Positions 26,806 to 27,623 of a stretch of 27,623 bases of DNA are shown piece by piece. The notes below the pieces were generated by a model, which saw only the letters and a list, made by a program, of their open reading frames with translations, had not been told where the DNA came from and did not search any database. Source of the stretch: Promethearchaeota archaeon (GTDB taxonomy: Archaea; Asgardarchaeota; Lokiarchaeia; Sigyniarchaeales; SOKP01); contig JBHLMQ010000040.1 of NCBI GenBank assembly GCA_048938005.1, positions 1 to 27,623 on the forward strand. Direction: 5' to 3'. The position numbers and the translations under genes are program-made. The first letter of the stretch is position 1. Each line of letters starts with the position of its first letter.

Positions 26806-27423
26806 TTGATAATGAACAGTATAATGTTTGAATCTTTAACAGAAGATAAAAATTTTTCTGTATATTTAATAAAAAATTTGGAATCAGAAGTTAAAGAAGA
26901 AAATGTTGAAAGTATAGTTGAAGAAATTAAGAATATCCCCGTTAATTTTGCTACAATCGATTTAGGTTATATGAATTTAAGAGAATTCAATAAAACTCAT
27001 TTAGCAAAAGTCTTAAATAAATTTAAAATCCCTTACTTTACGATAGAATTACCACATTATGTAAAAGGACATTATTCAAGCCAAATTAGTGAAATTCAAA
27101 ACAAATATTATGAATTAAAGTCTACTTATGATTTGTTAAGAGATAAAAATACTCCAGGTGCTCAAGAGCTAAGCTATTTGGTTAATTATTATTCAAATGA
27201 ACTTAGGGAACTAAACTACCATATAAATCAGGAAGTACGAACTGATGCAATTACTAAAAGAATTTTACAAGTTATAAAAGATCGAGATGAGGAGGATTTA
27301 ACTTTTGTACATTTCGGTGCGGAAAATACATTCGTTGAAATAATGAAACAACTAAAAGAACGAAATGTAAAATCTAATATATTATTCATCCAAAAATCAA
27401 AATTTTCACATTTTATTCATTAA
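26806..27423 (+). CDS. Hypothetical soluble protein
   Basis: 205-aa ORF with protein-like composition; start uncertain (TTG 26806, or ATG 26812/26824). Confidence 0.75.
   Translation: MIMNSIMFESLTEDKNFSVYLIKNLESEVKEENVESIVEEIKNIPVNFATIDLGYMNLREFNKTHLAKVLNKFKIPYFTIELPHYVKGHYSSQISEIQNKYYELKSTYDLLRDKNTPGAQELSYLVNYYSNELRELNYHINQEVRTDAITKRILQVIKDRDEEDLTFVHFGAENTFVEIMKQLKERNVKSNILFIQKSKFSHFIH

Positions 27424-27623
<200 letters not shown>

Overview
AT-rich archaeal chromosomal segment, most consistent with an Asgard archaeon of the Lokiarchaeia/Promethearchaeota type (inferred from a longin-like protein, Fwd genes, an Mrp/NBP35 ATPase, zinc-ribbon membrane proteins and TATA-type promoters). It encodes a 2018-aa thioester-containing alpha-2-macroglobulin-like surface protein, two MFS transporters, a DUF89 phosphatase, a fwdH-B-D-A-like cluster with substituted catalytic residues, a PAS histidine kinase, a CoxE/VWA protein, DUF169, a DsrE-family protein and the start of dihydrolipoamide dehydrogenase. 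Two features missing from the ORF track stand out. (1) A ~350-nt highly structured, apparently independently transcribed non-coding RNA (7562-7920, + strand) with five GNRA-capped hairpins and long-range pairings that matches no RNA class I recognise, next to a convergent small Lys-rich ORF. (2) A 45-codon single-pass membrane ORF ending G-T-G-[TGA]-G-G-stop, followed about 95 nt later by a eukaryote-like SECIS hairpin, i.e. a candidate new SelK/SelS-like micro-selenoprotein. All calls are from manual reading; no searches or folding programs were run.
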